The notes under the pieces are model-generated. The model was not told the DNA's origin. It searched no databases and saw only the letters and a program-made list of their open reading frames with translations. A program made the translations under genes and the position numbers. This document shows positions 61,501 through 64,000 of a stretch of DNA of 64,000 nucleotides, piece after piece; the first letter of the stretch is position 1; each line of letters begins with the position of its first letter. This stretch comes from Takakia lepidozioides (Eukaryota; Plantae; Bryophyta): the NCBI GenBank assembly GCA_030704615.1, contig CM060731.1, positions 56,482,001 to 56,546,000 of the forward strand, in the 5' to 3' direction.

Positions 61501-62312
61501 TTTGGACCATGAATTAGGACTTTCCTGAAGACTTATACTGAGGTCGACAGATATGTGAGTGCACACTATGGGCCGCCCTTATATTGTTCGTGGCAAGATG
61601 GTTTAGTTAGATACAGTCCAGCTTCCAAAGTCAAGTTGTACGATTAGAACTGCGTTTCTGAGCTCGTACCAGAAGCTCAATGAGAGCGGCGATAATGGTG
61701 GTCCAATACCGGCCCAAATAAGCATCAGCCACATATCCTCCGATGAGAGATGTTATAAACGAAGTACCCCAGTAATTTGTCACATCGGTGGCGGCCGTCA
61801 CGGTGGGTAGATGCATAGGACCCGTCAAATACGTCATCAGGTTGAAGGCGATTCCTAGGCTCACTATTGTCTCGAACATTGCGGCCCCTGCGCACACAAG
61901 AAAGTCAGGTCCACAGTGGTCACTTGAAAGGCTTCCTGCTTAAGTTACATGCTAGAGCTACTTGTTATCAACCAAGGTCGATTGGGGAAATTGAGAGAGA
62001 GTTGAGCAAGTGATTAAAGAGTTCGATCGTTTACTAGTTAGTTACGCCGAGAGGAGCTCAAATGTCAAATGGGCCAGCTGCGTATGCTGAACGTACAGAT
62101 ACATAAATCGTGCAAGCTTGGTTAATAGACGATGAAGTGCTTGTACCATAGATGAAGGGAGCTGTTTTCCAACCGCCGGTCGTCGCCTTATCAGCAGGCC
62201 GCCCTCTCCAGTCCACAGACCCGTCTTCTGTGGTCCCCTTGACTGCCGATCTTGCATCTGGTACTTTTTTGTAATCCATATTCTCATCATCATCCAGGTC
62301 CGCCTGATGCAT
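58587..62312 (-). CDS. NPF: NRT1/PTR family (NPF) transporter, 714 aa, 4 coding exons
   Basis: Exons 62147-62312, 61670-61887, 60566-61137 and 58587-59775 sum to 2145 nt in frame. Motifs: VDWRGRPA..TTGGWK, GGYVADAYLGRYWT, LGADQFD, GSPLTR, LCTVTQVEELK, HLQRIGLG, SIFWLLPQ. Confidence 0.96.
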
Positions 62313-63165
62313 ATGCGCAGACCGAAGGGGTTAATATGATCTGCTGATGCGGACTCTAAGAAATTCGGTGATTTTCAGGGTTCCATACATTGTTTGCGAG
62401 CTCAGTTGCCAGCACATTAACAGAGCTGCCGGCCAAAGCGTGTGAGTAGTGAGTACCAGCTGTCAGATCTAATCGTAAGGAGGGAGTAGCATGGATATAG
62501 GAGCATCAAAATCGACCTTCAGAGACAAAAAAGGCTTAAAGACCTAGAGTTTTAAGAACCTGTACATAGACTAGAGTTCACTACAGATCCTCTGCCCACT
62601 TCTTAACATCTGGAACTAGCTTGAAAGTTCTCATACATACGTATATGCTTGAAGCTTGAACAAGTCTTACTACTACTAAACTAGTTAAAACTTACCTATA
62701 TAGATCTATGAGTTCATCAAGATCAGCAGAGTGGAAGACTCGGTACACACTTCAGTAGTTTAGGTCCATGGATTTGTTGTACAAATTTACATATGAGTTC
62801 AATTATAAATGCGAACTCCCCTACTTGTTCAACTGTGTCCTGTCCTCCAGCGTGGCGTAACGTGCGTCTTTGAACAAAGGAAGCTCGGTTACCACTTGAT
62901 GGCTGTATATGCACCATGTTTGTTGCTGATTTACATCCTAGTCTAAGCCCATGTATAATTCAAACGTTATAGACTTTAATAGCGGTGCAAGTGTACCGCT
63001 GGCAGCAAAGTCTAGTTAGAATAGAATACTGAAACTTGTATGTTCACGAGATGTCATGGACAATTAGATAGAGAGCGAGATACATCGTGCCCGGCTTGTC
63101 AGCATTAAGGGTAGATTGTATGTAACTGTTTTGAACATCTGGAATCTACGGAAAGGAACTCTTAC

Positions 63166-63690
63166 CGTCGTGGGTCCAACATAGGGTATGCAGCCAGCAC
63201 AAAATGCCATCTTTAACAGAAGTTCCTCAAGTCGAGCTCCTCTGCGTGTTTGTCTATCTCTCTCAGTCCAAGCGCGCCAACTTGCAAGCCTCTCTTACCG
63301 CTATCTACCTGCCTCGCTTTCAGCTCGATCTGCAACCAGATGTGCAGGAGAGCTGCCTGTACTCTCAAGTCCCAAATCGAGAGCCTTCTGAATTATCGGC
63401 CTGCCAGGACATAAATCTCCCCCAACTCTGTAATCAGCTCAGTTCAGGAGTCGCCCTGTCAATCTCTTCCTCTCACCACCTCAATCCTCGACTAAACTTA
63501 GGCTCCTGGGCAAACACTCTCAACCTCTTGCTGATTACAACCACCTTCGGGCATGGAAGTCGGCAATACTGATCGATGCTGAGACCAGTCTGCGAGGTGT
63601 GTGAGGGAGAGTAGGTGGGGTTCTGGAAGTCGAAGGTCTTATAAGGACATGAGAGCCTAGCTGCGTATGCGACCGCCGCCCTCACGTCAG
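63166..63690 (-). promoter_or_regulatory. Probable NPF promoter and non-coding first exon
   Basis: TGACGTG at ~63683-63689, TATA-like CCTTATAAG at ~63638-63646, strong donor ACG|GTAAGA at 63165; inference only. Confidence 0.4.
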
Positions 63691-64000
63691 CGTTGTCACA
63701 AGTTAGGACTCAAAGTGCACATTTTGTGTAGTCTACGCACTGCTCCAGTAAGACGATGGAAGCTCAAACTCCTCAATTGTAAATTGACTACACTGGCTCC
63801 TGGACACAATCATTGTTTTTCTTTTTCTTTTCTCTTCCTTTTTCCCCTTTCCTTCGAGGAACCTTTCCTCTCCTCTACAGTTGTCCCTTGTGGTTTTCTC
63901 TTGATAAAGCACTCGAGGGTTGTGTTCAAACACAGGGCCCACCCGAACTGACATCTTTCAGACAAATCAGAAATGACAAGAGAAGTGACACCTTGTCAGT

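Noticed and set aside
63204-63572. 122-aa plus-strand ORF
   Set aside because: No recognisable domain; better explained as antisense to the probable NPF 5'UTR exon.

Overview
Eukaryotic, TE-rich land-plant DNA (probably a seed-free plant; this is inference). Host genes: an intact 10-exon DRG1-type GTPase (9549-16640, -), an intact 4-exon NPF/PTR transporter (58587-62312, -) and a poorly resolved orphan membrane-protein gene (~43.7-46.5 kb, +). The rest is layered mobile DNA: L1-clade LINEs (one full-length copy ~200 bp upstream of DRG1, one with a twin-priming-like 5' inversion), a Ty1/copia relic interrupted by a MULE, CACTA remnants, and pogo, MULE, PIF and hAT miniature elements. The standout is a 10.85-kb Ty3/gypsy-type retrotransposon (29404-40255, -, TSD TAGA) nested in the MULE. 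It encodes a DNMT3-like cytosine-5 methyltransferase between protease and RT, and a PHD finger at the integrase C-terminus. It has no evident tRNA primer-binding site. Instead of two ordinary LTRs it has split direct repeats (B-internal-A-gc-B-A), with the two element termini also present internally as a palindromic CA-gc-TG junction. That layout suggests a DDE-integrase retroelement integrating from a circular intermediate.
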